From positions 1,860,001-1,924,000 of the forward strand of contig CATNEN010000001.1 of the NCBI GenBank assembly GCA_950097015.1: 64,000 nucleotides of DNA. The letters are read 5' to 3'. This stretch comes from Macrostomum hystrix. Lineage: Eukaryota > Animalia > Platyhelminthes. This document shows, piece after piece, positions 10,852-23,381 of this stretch. The first letter of the stretch is position 1. Each line of letters begins with the position of its first letter. The notes below the pieces were generated by a model that saw only the letters and a program-made list of their open reading frames with translations, searched no databases and had not been told where the DNA came from. The translations under genes were made by a program, and so were the position numbers.

Positions 10852-13800
10852 GTATTAAAATATAAACATAATTAAATTGTAAATTATCTGCCAAATTACC
10901 ACTTTAACCACTGATGTATCTATACACAAGATTTTCTAGCAAATGTCTAGCTAGTCTATTTAAAATCCTAACTAATTGAGCATATGATAAAACAATGTAA
11001 GGATCAATGTTTAGAGTTGTACATTAACTAGACATTTTTGTAAGGCTACCTAGGCATATCTGCAAATTTGAATAGAAACATAGTCAGGTATTTTTTTACA
11101 CCTGCATTAGGCAATAAATTGTAACTAATAATCAATTTTTGTTCCTTTACTTCATAGTAAAATACAGCTACACCCATCACACCCTATCAATGTAGAATAC
11201 AAAAACAAATACAAAAATTCGTTTAGCTGTGCTTATTTTTACATTTCTATTAAAAAATTAATATAAATTTTTGAGGGGCTTAGTTAGAGCAGAGCCCAGA
11301 GGTTATATATAATATAGGATTTGGTGATGGAATGGTTGAAAAGTATAATAGTGTAATACAAATTAAAAAAGCATATTTGAATACTAAAAGCATATATAAA
11401 CAGGAAGCTTTGCATCTGGTCAGTTAGATACAACTAGAAAGGCCAGTGAAATATTGTGCAATTTTAAGTACTTTACTAGAAGGAGCTGAACATAAATTAA
11501 GGAACTGAATTTTAGAATTTGTAATTCAACAGCAAAATTAAAATGTAGTACTAAGTAAGATCAACTCAAGGAGCTCAGTTGCTATTCTAATCTACAATTT
11601 AATTTGATTCATTATCTCGTTCCTCTGGAAAAAAAATCGTGTAAATAAAATCCAGAGCGCATCATACTTATAAATAAATCAAGCATGCACACTTCTGCTA
11701 GCTTATTAGTATACAGAATGACGAAAAAAAATTTGATCGTTGAAAAAAATTTACGTGATACATTTTAAAACTAAAAGTGACTCGTAAAAAGCGTAAAGCA
11801 TGAAAAGCAAATAGTTTCGTGTTTTAAGTATTATAATAAGATATGGCTGCTTTACAAAAAACATTATAGTAAACACTTCATGGTAAGAAATATTAGGAAA
11901 TTTGTTTAAACATTACAATAGATAATTTAATTCAGGCTATCAGCTGTTCGCAAAACAAAAATGTCGTCGTAGAATGTTGCTAATTTGGCGTAAACGAAAC
12001 CGACTAAAATAAAGACATTGAAAACGTAGATGCATGATATTAATTATATCATGAGTGTGTATTATAAAACAAGAAGTCTAACTTTTTATCTCCTGTCAAC
12101 TATTCACTTTTGTCATTGATGTAGTCTGGAAATTGAGTTAGTTAATATCGTAATTATTAGCAACGATTTTTATAGCTATCATCGGAATACTCTTAAGCAC
12201 CTAAAGTTATCAAATTTAGCCTGCCCACCACTCAAAGATTATTTCTAGCTTGCTAAGCATTTAGAACCCTGCAGCCAGCCAGCCTGTTAGGACTTAGACT
12301 TGTATTCAGGGCTAAACAATTCCCAACAATTAGTCTATATTTATTTTAATTGCTGGTGCTTGTCATCCAAATAAAATTTTTCTAAAAGTTATAAAGTTAC
12401 TATATTACCAAGAAGTATATTATCATATTTTCAAGTGTTAAGAGTCATCCATATAAATGAATTATCTTTCTTATATTTTAAACACAAACTCAACTGAGGA
12501 CAAAAATAGATATGGTATTATATATGCAAAACTTGTCAAGCGAGGATGCACACTTGAGGAGATGTAAGTGGAAATGTTATAATCATAACTTTTTAAGTAG
12601 TGTTTAAGAATACTATCTTATCTATTTTTATAATAATAATTTAAGCCTAATAGATGAAATATAATATATAGACTTTGATTGAATGCAGTCATTTGGCTTT
12701 TACATTTTTGTAGCTTCTCTTTGTTATTATAATATTCTTTTTTTTCTATAAAATAGTATACATGGTTTAAAAGGTTTTTAATGCATTGGTAACCCTATGT
12801 TATCTAGTTAACTTAAGAAAAATAATAGCCTAGACATAGACTCCTTCACTGGTAGCAACGCAAGTATAGGCAACCACTGATAGCAGACAAAAATTTATCT
12901 TTATTAGTTGAGAACTTGTCCCCAAGCAACATAGAACCAATGCCTCCCCAGAAACAGAGAACTTATATATTTCCCTCAGCAGGCAATGCCCTTTGGCAGC
13001 AAATAAATACCTTTTTAGAAACATTTTTTATCTCTTTACTGTCACTGATTGCCCTAAGCAAGTAACCAATATCCCTACCAGCAGGCTTCCCAAGTAAGTG
13101 CACATTGCACTATATTGTTGCTCCCTTTACTTCCCTTTCGATATAAAATTTGGTGCAAAGTTTACTAAGGGATTGGTAAGAAAAGATGCCCAAATCTTTC
13201 TGAAACTTGATATTGAATAATATTGTTAGCCTACAGTAATTTTGTATTTATTATCATTACCATTAAAAAACTAAAGTACTGAGCAAAATTCAATACTTCT
13301 AAAAGTTATTACTCTTAGTTTTACTATGTTTTTTTACATTTTTGCCATTAGTCTGTTATTAGTGTTTTTTTAATATGTGTATTATAAACAAAATATGCAG
13401 CCTTTTATGGCTTTTGCCACAGTGTTAGCAGTGCTCTGTTGGGTGTGCAGTTGTTCTGTTGCACTGCTATCATAAAATGGGCCTGCAGACTAGAAGTCAT
13501 TTGAAAGCTTGAATAGAAACATTAGAACTGAGAGCCGATAAACTATTCAGCAACCTTGGCCTTCCAGTTTGTGAAATGTGGAATCCTCATTGTGAAATGC
13601 TTCCTCCAAGCATTTGGCAGATATTGGCATCAAAGTTATAAATTAGTGTGTTGGTAATTATCTAAATTTGACAGTTTTTATACAGTTATAAGTAAAAAGT
13701 AAGGAACTATGCAATAAACATTTTAGTAACAGCTTGTTTACCACAATTTTTAGCAAGCCTGTCGTAACAGGAAAAATATTGTTGCAAAAAAGTTTTGTTT

Positions 13801-14404
13801 TCAAATTGGTAGCTAGTAATGAGCTGCCAATGAGCCAACATGCACAATACTGTTATTCAAGTATTAGTTAAGATTTTGATTACTCTGTTTAAAAAATTGA
13901 ATGCAAACTTCTTCAGTTCATTATAAACTTTGTTGCAAAGATCTGTAGATGTCATGTCTGTGATTATAAATTACGTTTTTACATGTGATTTATTAAAAAA
14001 TGTTGCTGAATTCTCTAAAAATATTAGGCTTTGCTAGACTTTTATAGTTATAAGTGTAGTCAAGAAGTACATTAATAATATGGTAGTTTTCTGGGAAATT
14101 AAACTATGCTTTACTACAATATTGCAAAGTATATAGTTATAATGTATAAAAATCTATATATAATTCGTGAAATTTAATTTTTCTTGCCTTAAAAGAGAAC
14201 TTTTTAAATAACAATAAGTAGTGAAATATTTTTTTAGAATTGTCATTTTATTTTTTTTGCTTTTTTTTATTGAAGTGTTAATAAATTGGGTTAGATTGTA
14301 TAAAACATAGCTATCTAATGTCGCCTAACTCGTACTTTCATTAGTTTCATACGATTTTAGATAGGTTTTTAGGCCTATTCTTTCCACTTAGACCATCAGG
14401 CTAA

Positions 14405-14716
14405 GGAGGTTGTAGCTTTGTGGTTTGAGCATTGGACTCACATATTGAAGGTCGGGGGTTCTATTCTCCACTCCACTGAAACAATTTGTGTCCTTTAGCA
14501 AGGCACTTCAACCTGCATTGCTTCAGTTCACCCAGCTGTTAAATGGGTACCAACATTAGTTGGAGTTATTGAGGGTGGGTGTGCCGTCTCCCCAGTCCAT
14601 GGACTGAACAGCTGTATGCAGCATTTGATTGCGCCGCGCAATAGCTGCGGCTGTGCTGTCGGCTGCGCGTCTGTACAAATTGGGGCATGTGTAATCAATT
14701 CTATATGAATTAATTA
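14405..14716 (+). mobile_element. tRNA-derived SINE, family 1 (CORE-like central domain), copy 1
   Basis: tRNA-like head (TAGCTTTGTGG A-box-like; GGTTCTATTCT B-box-like), then GTGTCCTTTAGCAAGGCACTT…CAGTTCACCCAGCTGTTAAATGGG. An inverted homologous copy lies at 52761-53024. Confidence 0.8.
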
Positions 14717-14834
14717 GAAATTATTCCACTTAATTTTCCACAAATTTCCCCAGTGTTGGAACCACAGTGAGGTGTGACAATATTATTGACAACAGAAGCT
14801 AACACAGTTGTCTTGATATTTTTTATAAATCCAG

Positions 14835-17800
14835 TAACCAGGCGGTGGCAGCCACGGCTCTGGCCGGCGATCGCGCAGCCGCTGTCTGGCTGTCCAGCCA
14901 CTCGGCTGATCCCGCGCTGGGCAGTCCGAATCCGCGCGAATTCTATTTGCACCTGTGCCCAGTTGGCCCTGTAGAGACCAGCTTTCACGAGTTCTGGTCC
15001 CGGTATCGGGCAGCCAGGGGCTGGTGCGCCTCGATGGACTATGCGCCTCACGCCACCATTGTTGAACCATTCGAAGTGGCACCATCCGCCTATTTAGACC
15101 TACTTAGGGCCTACAATACCGCGGCTAGACTGTTTGCTAATCGACGCCTAGTTAAACGCCTGCGCCTGTTGCCTAGCAACATCAACGACACTCACCTGGG
15201 CTTTGTCATAGACGCCGAACAGGCTTTGCTAGATTTGGCCAATGAATTCGCGGCCGCGTGTCAGCGGGTCGGCATCCGGGTGTGTGTCAGGCAGCCGCCT
15301 CACCGGCTCAGTCTCTGCTGCGGCTTCCAGCAAGCTCAGTACCTGCAGGTGGGTTCTTTGAACTAGGGTTTCAGTCATTGTGCTGCATTGATAGCTGACG
15401 AGGCTATATTTGGTGCTTTAGCTTTGAATTTCTGACCGAACTTTCCACTCCTCATACTAGCTGGTAAATTAACTAATTATTAATCGAATTAGAAACGAAA
15501 TTATTTCATTTTGGAGGTCAACTGACACCTCCAGTGTCGTGGAGGAGGTCAACTGACACCTCCAGTGTCGTGGGGGAGGTCAAATGACACCTCCAGTTTC
15601 GTGGGGGAGGTCAATTTACCCCTCCAGTGTCGTGGGGGAGGTCAACTGACACCTCCAGTTTCGTGGGGGAGGTCAATTTACCCCTCCAGTGTCGTAGGGG
15701 AGGTCAACTGACACCTCCAGTTTCGTGGGGGAGGTCAATTTATCCCTCCAGTGTGGGTAAATCAACTGACCCCTGTAGTGCCATGTGGTGTGGTGAACTG
15801 ACCCCTGTAGTGCCATGTGGTGTGGTCAACTGACCCCTGTAGTGTCATGATGGAGGTTGATTAAGCGAAGTGTCTCGATGTGGGTCAACTTAATAATTAG
15901 TGTCTTTTATTAAGGGAGGTTCAATTAACCGTAAATTAGTTTCTTTGTTTTCAAACGATTACCTATTTAAGGACCATTATTTGGGTCAATTATCCCTTTG
16001 TGGGAAGGCGAAGTTAACCAAAATTTTCTGACTATGTGCCAATCAAACTACTCAGGTGAAGAAGGAAATTACCGAGCACTTTCGCTTGGACCCAACAACC
16101 GAAGTAGTTTTGCCGGAAGTGAGTCAGGATCCGTCTATTAGCAGTGGCTGGCAGTTGCGCTTATACTCGCGAGATGTCCGACTAAAAAACTGCCTACTGG
16201 ATCAGCTGCATCCGCTCTATAGACTGGCCTGCGAGAGGCCCTTAGCTGAGGTGGCTGTGGCACCGCCTGGCGATTTGCACTTTAACTGCGGCGATCGGGT
16301 GGCCCTGGTTACTAGGGTGACGCCGCCGCGACACGGCTGGGGCCTCGGCTTCAATGTGGAAACTGGCGTTATGGGAAATTTTCCGCTGAGCTTGGCACAG
16401 AGAATTCCCTGCTACGAAGCTTGGACTTTGCACCGGTGAGTAGCGACTGACTCTTATAAGGGAAGCGCCTGAAGTTTCAGGGAAAGCTGTCTGAAGTTTC
16501 AGGTAGAGCTGTCTGAAGTTTCAGGTAGAGCTGTCTGAAGTTTCAGGTAGAGCTGTCTGAAGTTTCAGGGAAAGCTGTCTGAAGTTTCAGGTAGAGCTGT
16601 CTGAAGTTTCAGGTAGAGCTGTCTGAAGTTTCAGGTAGAGCTGTCTGAAGTTTCAGGTAGAGCTGTCTGAAGTTTCAGGTAGAGCTGTCTGAAGTTTCAG
16701 GTAGAGCTGTCTGAAGTTTCAGGGAAAGCTGTCTGAAGTTTCAGGTAGAGCTGTCTGAAGTTTCAGGTAGAGCTGTCTGAAGTTTCAGTGAAAGCTGTCT
16801 GAAGTTTCATGGAAAGCTGTCTGAAGTTTCAGGTAGAGCTGTCTGAAGTTTCAGGGAAAGCTGTCTGAAGTTTCAGGGAAAGCTGTCTGAAGTTTCAGGG
16901 AAAGCTGTCTAAAGTTTCAGGGAAAGCTGTCTAAAGTTTCAGGGAAAGCTGTCTGAAGTTTCAGGGAGCTGAACTGAACTTTTGAGACAGTTCAGTTACT
17001 AGTACATGTATTTGGGATTAAATACGTCGTATATCAGCCTAATTATTGTTATTTGTTTGATTGTGAAGCGGTTTTATTGATTTTATTTAGCTCAGCGATT
17101 TCAGCGGACATTGGAACTATCTCTTAGCTAAGGGTTTAACGGCTGAAATGGACATTCATTATTAATTATTAGCTTCCCATATACCATGTGTGGCGCAATT
17201 TAGTTTTCTATTTTTATCTTTTCTGAGTTCATTTTTTCTCTGACAGTGACTGCTTTGGTTTCCAGTACTTAATCTACCCCTTTGTCTACAAAATTCCCAT
17301 ATAGTTTCGATTCCCAACACTCTAAAATCCCATAGACTTTATCGATTCCCAAAACTGTAAAATCCCATAGACTTTATCGATTCCCAACACACTAGATCCC
17401 ATAGAGATTATAGATTCCCAACACTCTAAATCCCATAGAGTTTATAGATTCCCAACACTCTAAAATCCCATAGAGTTTATAGATTCCCAACACTCTAAAT
17501 CCCATAGAGTTTATAGATTCCCAACACTCTAAATCCCATAGAGTTTATAGATTCCCAACACTCTAAAATCTCATAAAGTTTCGATTCCCAACACACTAAA
17601 ATCCCATGGAGTTATTGGGTAGATCCGTAACCCGTAACTCATAGACCCGATTACGTTTAAGGGCTGCAGTTCCTATCGTGTCACCTGCTATTAGCCTGAA
17701 TACCCTCTCCCTATTCCCACCGGGATAAATCTTTGTAAGTAAGGGTACAATTTCTAACTGGCTACAAACAGGATCCTATCCTTACTGAATCCTAATCCAT

Positions 17801-20683
17801 GTTTAAGTCAGTTCTCATATAAAATAGGGATTAGTATAATCTGAAAAAGCAGCTGAGCCTAATTCAATCCTAAAATGATTTTCTATCCCTTCTCCTCAAT
17901 TCCCTGTGTCTCTTCCCCTCTCCTTGCCTCGCGTTTCTGGCGTGACCCCCCAGCTGTAGCATTGCCGATGATTTATTTCAATTCGATAACTGCGTGCATT
18001 GCTAGCAATTCAATAATTAAATGGAAGTCCCATCTGCTGTTTTTTGACGTGCATCTTTCTACGAGTAGATACAGTCCTCTGTGTCCCTTTTTTAAAGTGG
18101 GATCTGGGATTTGGCTTTTGCATCGAAAGAAAAAGGTGAATAATTCTAATTTCTAGATCCTGAATCTGAATTCTACATGCCTGAATGTGAATTTTTTATG
18201 CCTGAATCTGATTTTTAGATGTCTGATGAATCTTGTGAAAAATGTTTTGTGATAGAATGCGCAGGGGTGAGATAGAATGAGCAGGGGTGAGATAGAATGA
18301 GCAGGGGTGAGACAGAATGAGCAGGAGTGAGATAGAAGGAGCAGGGGTGAGATAGAATGAGCAGGGGTGAGATAGAATGCGCAGGGGTGAGATAGAATGA
18401 GCAGGGGTGAGATAGAATGAGCAGGGGTGAGATAGAATGAGCAGGGGTGAGATAGAATGAGCAGGACTGAGATAGAATGAGCAGGGGTGAGATAGAATGA
18501 GCAGGGGTGAGATAGAATGAGCAGGAGTGAGATAGAAGGAGCAGGGGTGAGATATAATGAGCAGGGGTGAGATAGAATGAGCAGGGGTGAGATAGAATGA
18601 GCAGGAGTGAGATAGAATGAGCAGGGGTGAGATAGAATGCGCAGGGGTGAGATAGAATGAGCAGGGGTGAGATAGAATGAGCGGGGGTGAGATAGAATGA
18701 GCAGGGGTGAGATAGAAGGAGCAGGGGTGAGATATAATGAGCAGGGGTGAGATAGAATGAGCAGGGGTGAGATAGAATGAGCAGGAGTGAGATAGAATGA
18801 GCAGGGGTGAGATAGAATGAGCAGGGGTGAGATAGAATGAGCAGGAGTGAGATAGAAGGAGCAGGGGTGAGATAGAATGAGCAGGAGTGAGATAGAATGA
18901 GCAGGGGTGAGATAGAATGAGCAGGGGTGAGATAGAATGAGCAGGGGTGAGATAGAATGAGCAGGGGTGAGATAGAATGAGCAGGGGTGAGATAGAATGA
19001 GCAGGGGTGAGATAGAATGAGCAGGAGTGAGATAGAAGGAGCAGGGGTGAGATAGAATGAGCAGGACTGAGATAGAATGAGCAGGGGTGAGATAGAATGA
19101 GCAGGAGTGAGATAGAATGAGCAGGGGTGAGATAGAATGAGCAGGAGTGAGATAGAAGGAGCAGGGGTGAGATAGAAGGAGCAGGGGTGAGACAGAATGA
19201 GCAGGGGATGAGATATAATGAGCAGGGGATGAGATATAATGAGCAGGGGATGAGATAGAATGTGCAGGGGTGAGATATACTGAACAGGGGTGAGATAGAA
19301 TGAGCAGGGGTGAGATAGCATCGAGTTGAGTACACTCAGAAATGCTCTTAAGTTGCTCCCTTCGTATTCCGCAGGCTCACAGTGGTACAGAGCGACTCCG
19401 GCAGTCTTGGCGGCCATTCGTCGCCGCTAGACCAGCAGCAGTCGGCGATGATTATCGTCGGCACGCGCGCCAGCAACGCTTCATCGTCCGCTGTTTCGTC
19501 AAGCGGATCGTCTTCGAATTCGAATTCTATTAACGAGGCTACGCCCACGCAGTCGACTGGCCTGGCACTGATGGGCAACGGGAATTCCGCCGCTGCCGTT
19601 GCTTCGCCGACAACGGCGCCATCGATGTCGACGTCGACGGCTTATCGCGGCGGTAGCAGCAACGGCAGCGCTAGTGGCAGCGAATCTTTTGAAGCGGTAG
19701 GCGGAAATTATCTACATGCTACCCGATATGTATCGAAATTCTAAATCGACTTCAAACACTTGTGTCAACACCTTGATATTCGCAGCTTGTCTATAAGCTG
19801 AGATCTGCGAGTATAGTAGCTTGTCTAACAGCTTATCGAACAGCTGAGGTCCCTGTGTCTAACAGCTTGTCTAACAGTCAATGTCGCTGTGTCTAACAGC
19901 TTGTCTAACATCCAAGGTCCCTGTGTCTAACAGCTTGTCTAACATCCAAGGTCCCTGTGTCTAACATCTTGTCTAACAGTCAATGTCGCTGTGTCTAACA
20001 GCTTGTTTAACATCCAAGGTACCTGCGTCTAACAGCTTGTCTAACAGTCAATGTCGCTGTGTCTAACAGCTTGTCTAACATCCAAGGTCCCTGCGTCTAA
20101 CAGCTTGTCTAACATCCAAGGTCCCTGCGTCTAACAGCTAGTCTAACATCCAAGGTACCTGCGTCTAACAGATTTTTTTAACAATCCAGGTGCCTTCCTG
20201 TGTCTAGCAGTTTTTTAACTGTTGAGGTCACTGTCCAAAATCAGATATAAATTTTTATGTACACAATTTAAGTTTCAAAGTAGAAAATTGACTTGTAAAC
20301 ATATTGCAGTGCATCCAAAACTATATTCATAAACATTTCTGTATCTCTAACTATGGAAATTACGAAAAACTAATCATCTAACAAAGTGCACCTTGTGCAG
20401 TTCATTCGCTAGAAAGCAGGCTTTTAATTAGTGAATTATTAGACTGCGAAACAGTCGGCAGTTACAGATTACAGTTTAACCCAACTAGCTAGAATAATAC
20501 TTTGTTTCGCTATCATTATTCAATGCTTAATACAATTAGTGGCTTAACAACCATCGAGTTGATTGCTGCATTCAAACTAGCTAAACTATGGAATCATTAC
20601 AGTCTTCTTTTTGTGTTCTGAAAGATAAACTTTTTTAGTTCAACAAAGTTATATATTCTATCATTACTCTGGGTGGCATTGTC

Positions 20684-20718
<35 letters not shown>

Positions 20719-23232
20719 AAACTGCTAGCCAAATAGAGTGAGAAATAATTAGTAAACTGGGTTGAAGAAGAAGACTTCAAGAGTGCCCTGGATTTCATTT
20801 GGCATTGGCTTGCTAGCCTAATAGTATTTTATGCATAGGAAAACATGGACTCTATTATTTACAGTCTAGACTAGCTTAAATACGCCCTTATCATAGCTAC
20901 ATATTTAAGCATAATGTTCCACTATTTCTATGCCCCAGTATCCTTTCCGAGTACTAAAAAAGCATAGGTTAACGAAGAGTAAAAGTTTTTTCTTCGTTTT
21001 TAGTGGCTATAATCGATTTTTATTACTAAAAGTAGCAAAAAGCAGTTGATAACTTTTTTTGCTTAAATTAACTAAATCTACTAGAGTCTCGTATTTTTCA
21101 TGTTCAATACTTTGCTTAACATCTGACTCCATGGCTAACATCTGACTCCATGTCTAAAATCTGACACCATGTCTAACATCAGACTCCATTTCTAACATCT
21201 GAATCCATGTCTAACATCTGACACCATGTCTAACATCTGACACCATGTCTAACATCTGACATCATGTCTAACATCTGACACCATGTCTAACATCTGACAT
21301 CATGTCTAACATCTGACATCATGTCTAACATCTGAATCCATGTCTAACATCTGACACCATTTCTAACATCTGAATCCATGTCTAACATCTGACACCATGT
21401 CTAACATCTGACACCATGTCTAACATCTGACATCATGTCTAACATCTGACATCATGTCTAACATCTGAATCCATGTCTAACATCTGACATCATGTCTAAC
21501 ATCTGACATCATGTCTAACATCTGACACCATGTCTAACATCTGACTCCATGTCTAACATCTGACTCCATGTCTAACATCTGACACCATGGCTAACATCTG
21601 ACATCATGTCTAACATCTGACATCATGTCTAACATCTGACATCATGTCTAACATCTGACATCATGTCTAACATCTGACACCATGTCTAACATCTGACTCC
21701 ATGTCTAACATCTGACTCCATGTCTAACATCTGACACCATGGCTAACATCTGACATCATGTCTAACATCTGACATCATGTCTAACATCTGACATCATGTC
21801 TAACATCTGACTCCATGGCTAACATCTGACTCCATGTCTAACATCTGACACTTTTCAGGCTCCGCTGTCTCCAGCCTCCGGTATCTCCTCTTCATCCGGT
21901 TTTCGGTTCTCTCCCCTAATGGAGTCCGGGCCACCTTTTCCATTCGACTATCACCAGCATCAGCACCAGCTTCAACGCCTGTCTTTAACCGGCTCCGAAG
22001 CTTCCTCAATCGGCGCCGTTAGTATTCAGCGTCGTCAGCGTCGTCAGCTTCACATGATGCGTCACGCTGAGCCGCTCGATCAGGCTGTTGGTCCCGACTG
22101 GGCCGCAGCCGCTCTGGACGCCTCCGGCCGACTTGTTAGCCGATTCGATCTGTCCATTCCACCGGTTCTGCCCGTCCGTCTAGCCGGCGACTATGCCGTC
22201 GATCCGCCCCTATCAGTGATTGGCGAGTTCATGGCCACCCAGATCGGCTTATCGTTGGGTCGGGCCGGGGTTCGCTACTCCTATTGCTACTGCAGTCCAG
22301 CATTGGCCTGCGTACAGACCGCGCACTGTGTACTAGCCGGCGTTGGCCAGCTAGACTTGCTGATTAGATTAGAGCCACTGCTTGCCGATCATCTAGAGTG
22401 CTCCGTTGGCGCTACGGCAACCCCGGCCTCGCCGCCGTCTGCTCAAGTTTATCTCGACTGCGGCAAACTGCGCGAATTCGGCTACAACGCGGATCTCGCC
22501 TATGCGCCCCTGACTGAACCAGATGCAGATGCCAGCGTCGGGGTTGAGACCTACAAAGACCGTCTGGCTAAGGTGGTAAAAAGAGCGTTAGAGTCCTGTA
22601 AAACGCCTGGTAAGAATTTATTCGCCGTCGACTTTGGCTCATTTATATTGAACGAGTACTTTAAAAGTCTGTCGATACGTTAATTGTACTTAAAAAGTGC
22701 TCGAGTACTTTAAAAGTGCATAAGTACTTAAAAAGTGCACGAGTACTTTTAAGGTGCACCGGTACTCTTTAGGTTCGCTATTATATTTGCGGTGCGCTAG
22801 TACTTTTGTAGTAAATAAAAGGTGGCGGTTGCTATTATATAAAACGCGAATACTTTTTGGATCAGCGTATTTTTCAAGTGCAAAAATGTTGCTTTATTTT
22901 TTACCTTGAAAACACTAGGCAGCAGAATTCTATTCGTCGGGCATCGGTCAACCGTCGAGCAATCTTTGTCCGCCGCGCTGGCTTTAGTTCGTTCTAGCGA
23001 AGGCGGCGCTCCACTGACTGCCCCCGCCACTGGAGCCGCCGCCGCCGCCCCCGCAACGTCGCTGGGTCTGTTTCGCCGAACTCCAGTCGTGCCCTACGCT
23101 GCCCTGCACTGCCTAGAAGAGCGAGCTGATAGCCGGCGCGGTTGGGTAGCAACCGCCGGTCCAGTTGCCACGGGCTTCACTGTGAAGAGTCATTCGCCGT
23201 TTGATGCAGCTGCCATGATTGCAAGCGCTTAG
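14835..23232 (+). CDS. UBASH3: UBASH3/Sts (ecdysteroid-phosphate-phosphatase-like) protein: UBA remnant, 2H phosphoesterase, SH3, Ser-rich linker, histidine-phosphatase (PGM) domain; first exon(s) not located
   Basis: Phase-consistent exons 14835-15348, 16056-16435, 19375-19696, 21859-22609 and 22919-23232. Motifs WLSSHSADP, REFYLHLCPVGP…PHATIVEPF, WQLRLYSRD, GWGLGFNVETGVMGNFP…EAWTLHR, RHAEPLD, DPPLSVIGEFMA, CSPALACVQTA and ILFVGH. Confidence 0.87.
15513..15846. repeat. Intronic minisatellite, ~31-bp unit GAGGTCAACTGACACCTCCAGTGTCGTGGGG
   Basis: Directly visible; degenerates toward the 3' end. Confidence 0.92.
16468..16967. repeat. Intronic minisatellite, 22-bp unit CTGTCTGAAGTTTCAGGTAGAG
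   Basis: Directly visible, starting ~30 bp after the donor at 16436. Confidence 0.96.
17307..17609. repeat. Intronic minisatellite, ~33-34-bp unit (ATTCCCAACACTCTAAATCCCATAGAGTTTATAG)
   Basis: Directly visible. Confidence 0.9.
18250..19318. repeat. Intronic minisatellite, 20-bp unit GATAGAATGAGCAGGGGTGA, ~53 copies
   Basis: Directly visible; produces the spurious 379- and 400-aa minus-strand ORFs. Confidence 0.97.
19785..20210. repeat. Intronic minisatellite, ~34-bp unit TGTGTCTAACAGCTTGTCTAACATCCAAGGTCCC
   Basis: Directly visible. Confidence 0.9.
20687..20717. repeat. (GT)n microsatellite
   Basis: About 15 GT units. Confidence 0.95.
21117..21851. repeat. Intronic minisatellite, 19-bp unit TCTAACATCTGACA(C/T)CATG, ending at the 3' splice site
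   Basis: The last unit runs straight into …CTAACATCTGACACTTTTCAG|G (acceptor AG at 21857-21858). Confidence 0.96.
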
Positions 23233-23381
23233 GCTTGATCTACCATCGCTTCATTCCTTGCGGGATAAAAATAGGAAACTGTTTCGACATTTTTGGTATT
23301 CTAAGATTCTATTCTGTTACTTTTTGCCAGACTGGGTTAGAATTTGTGGAATTCTCATTAGCCGAAATTTGAATCTAATGC

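Noticed and set aside
18196-19417. 379- and 400-aa minus-strand ORFs
   Set aside because: They are translations of the 20-bp array, antisense within a UBASH3 intron.
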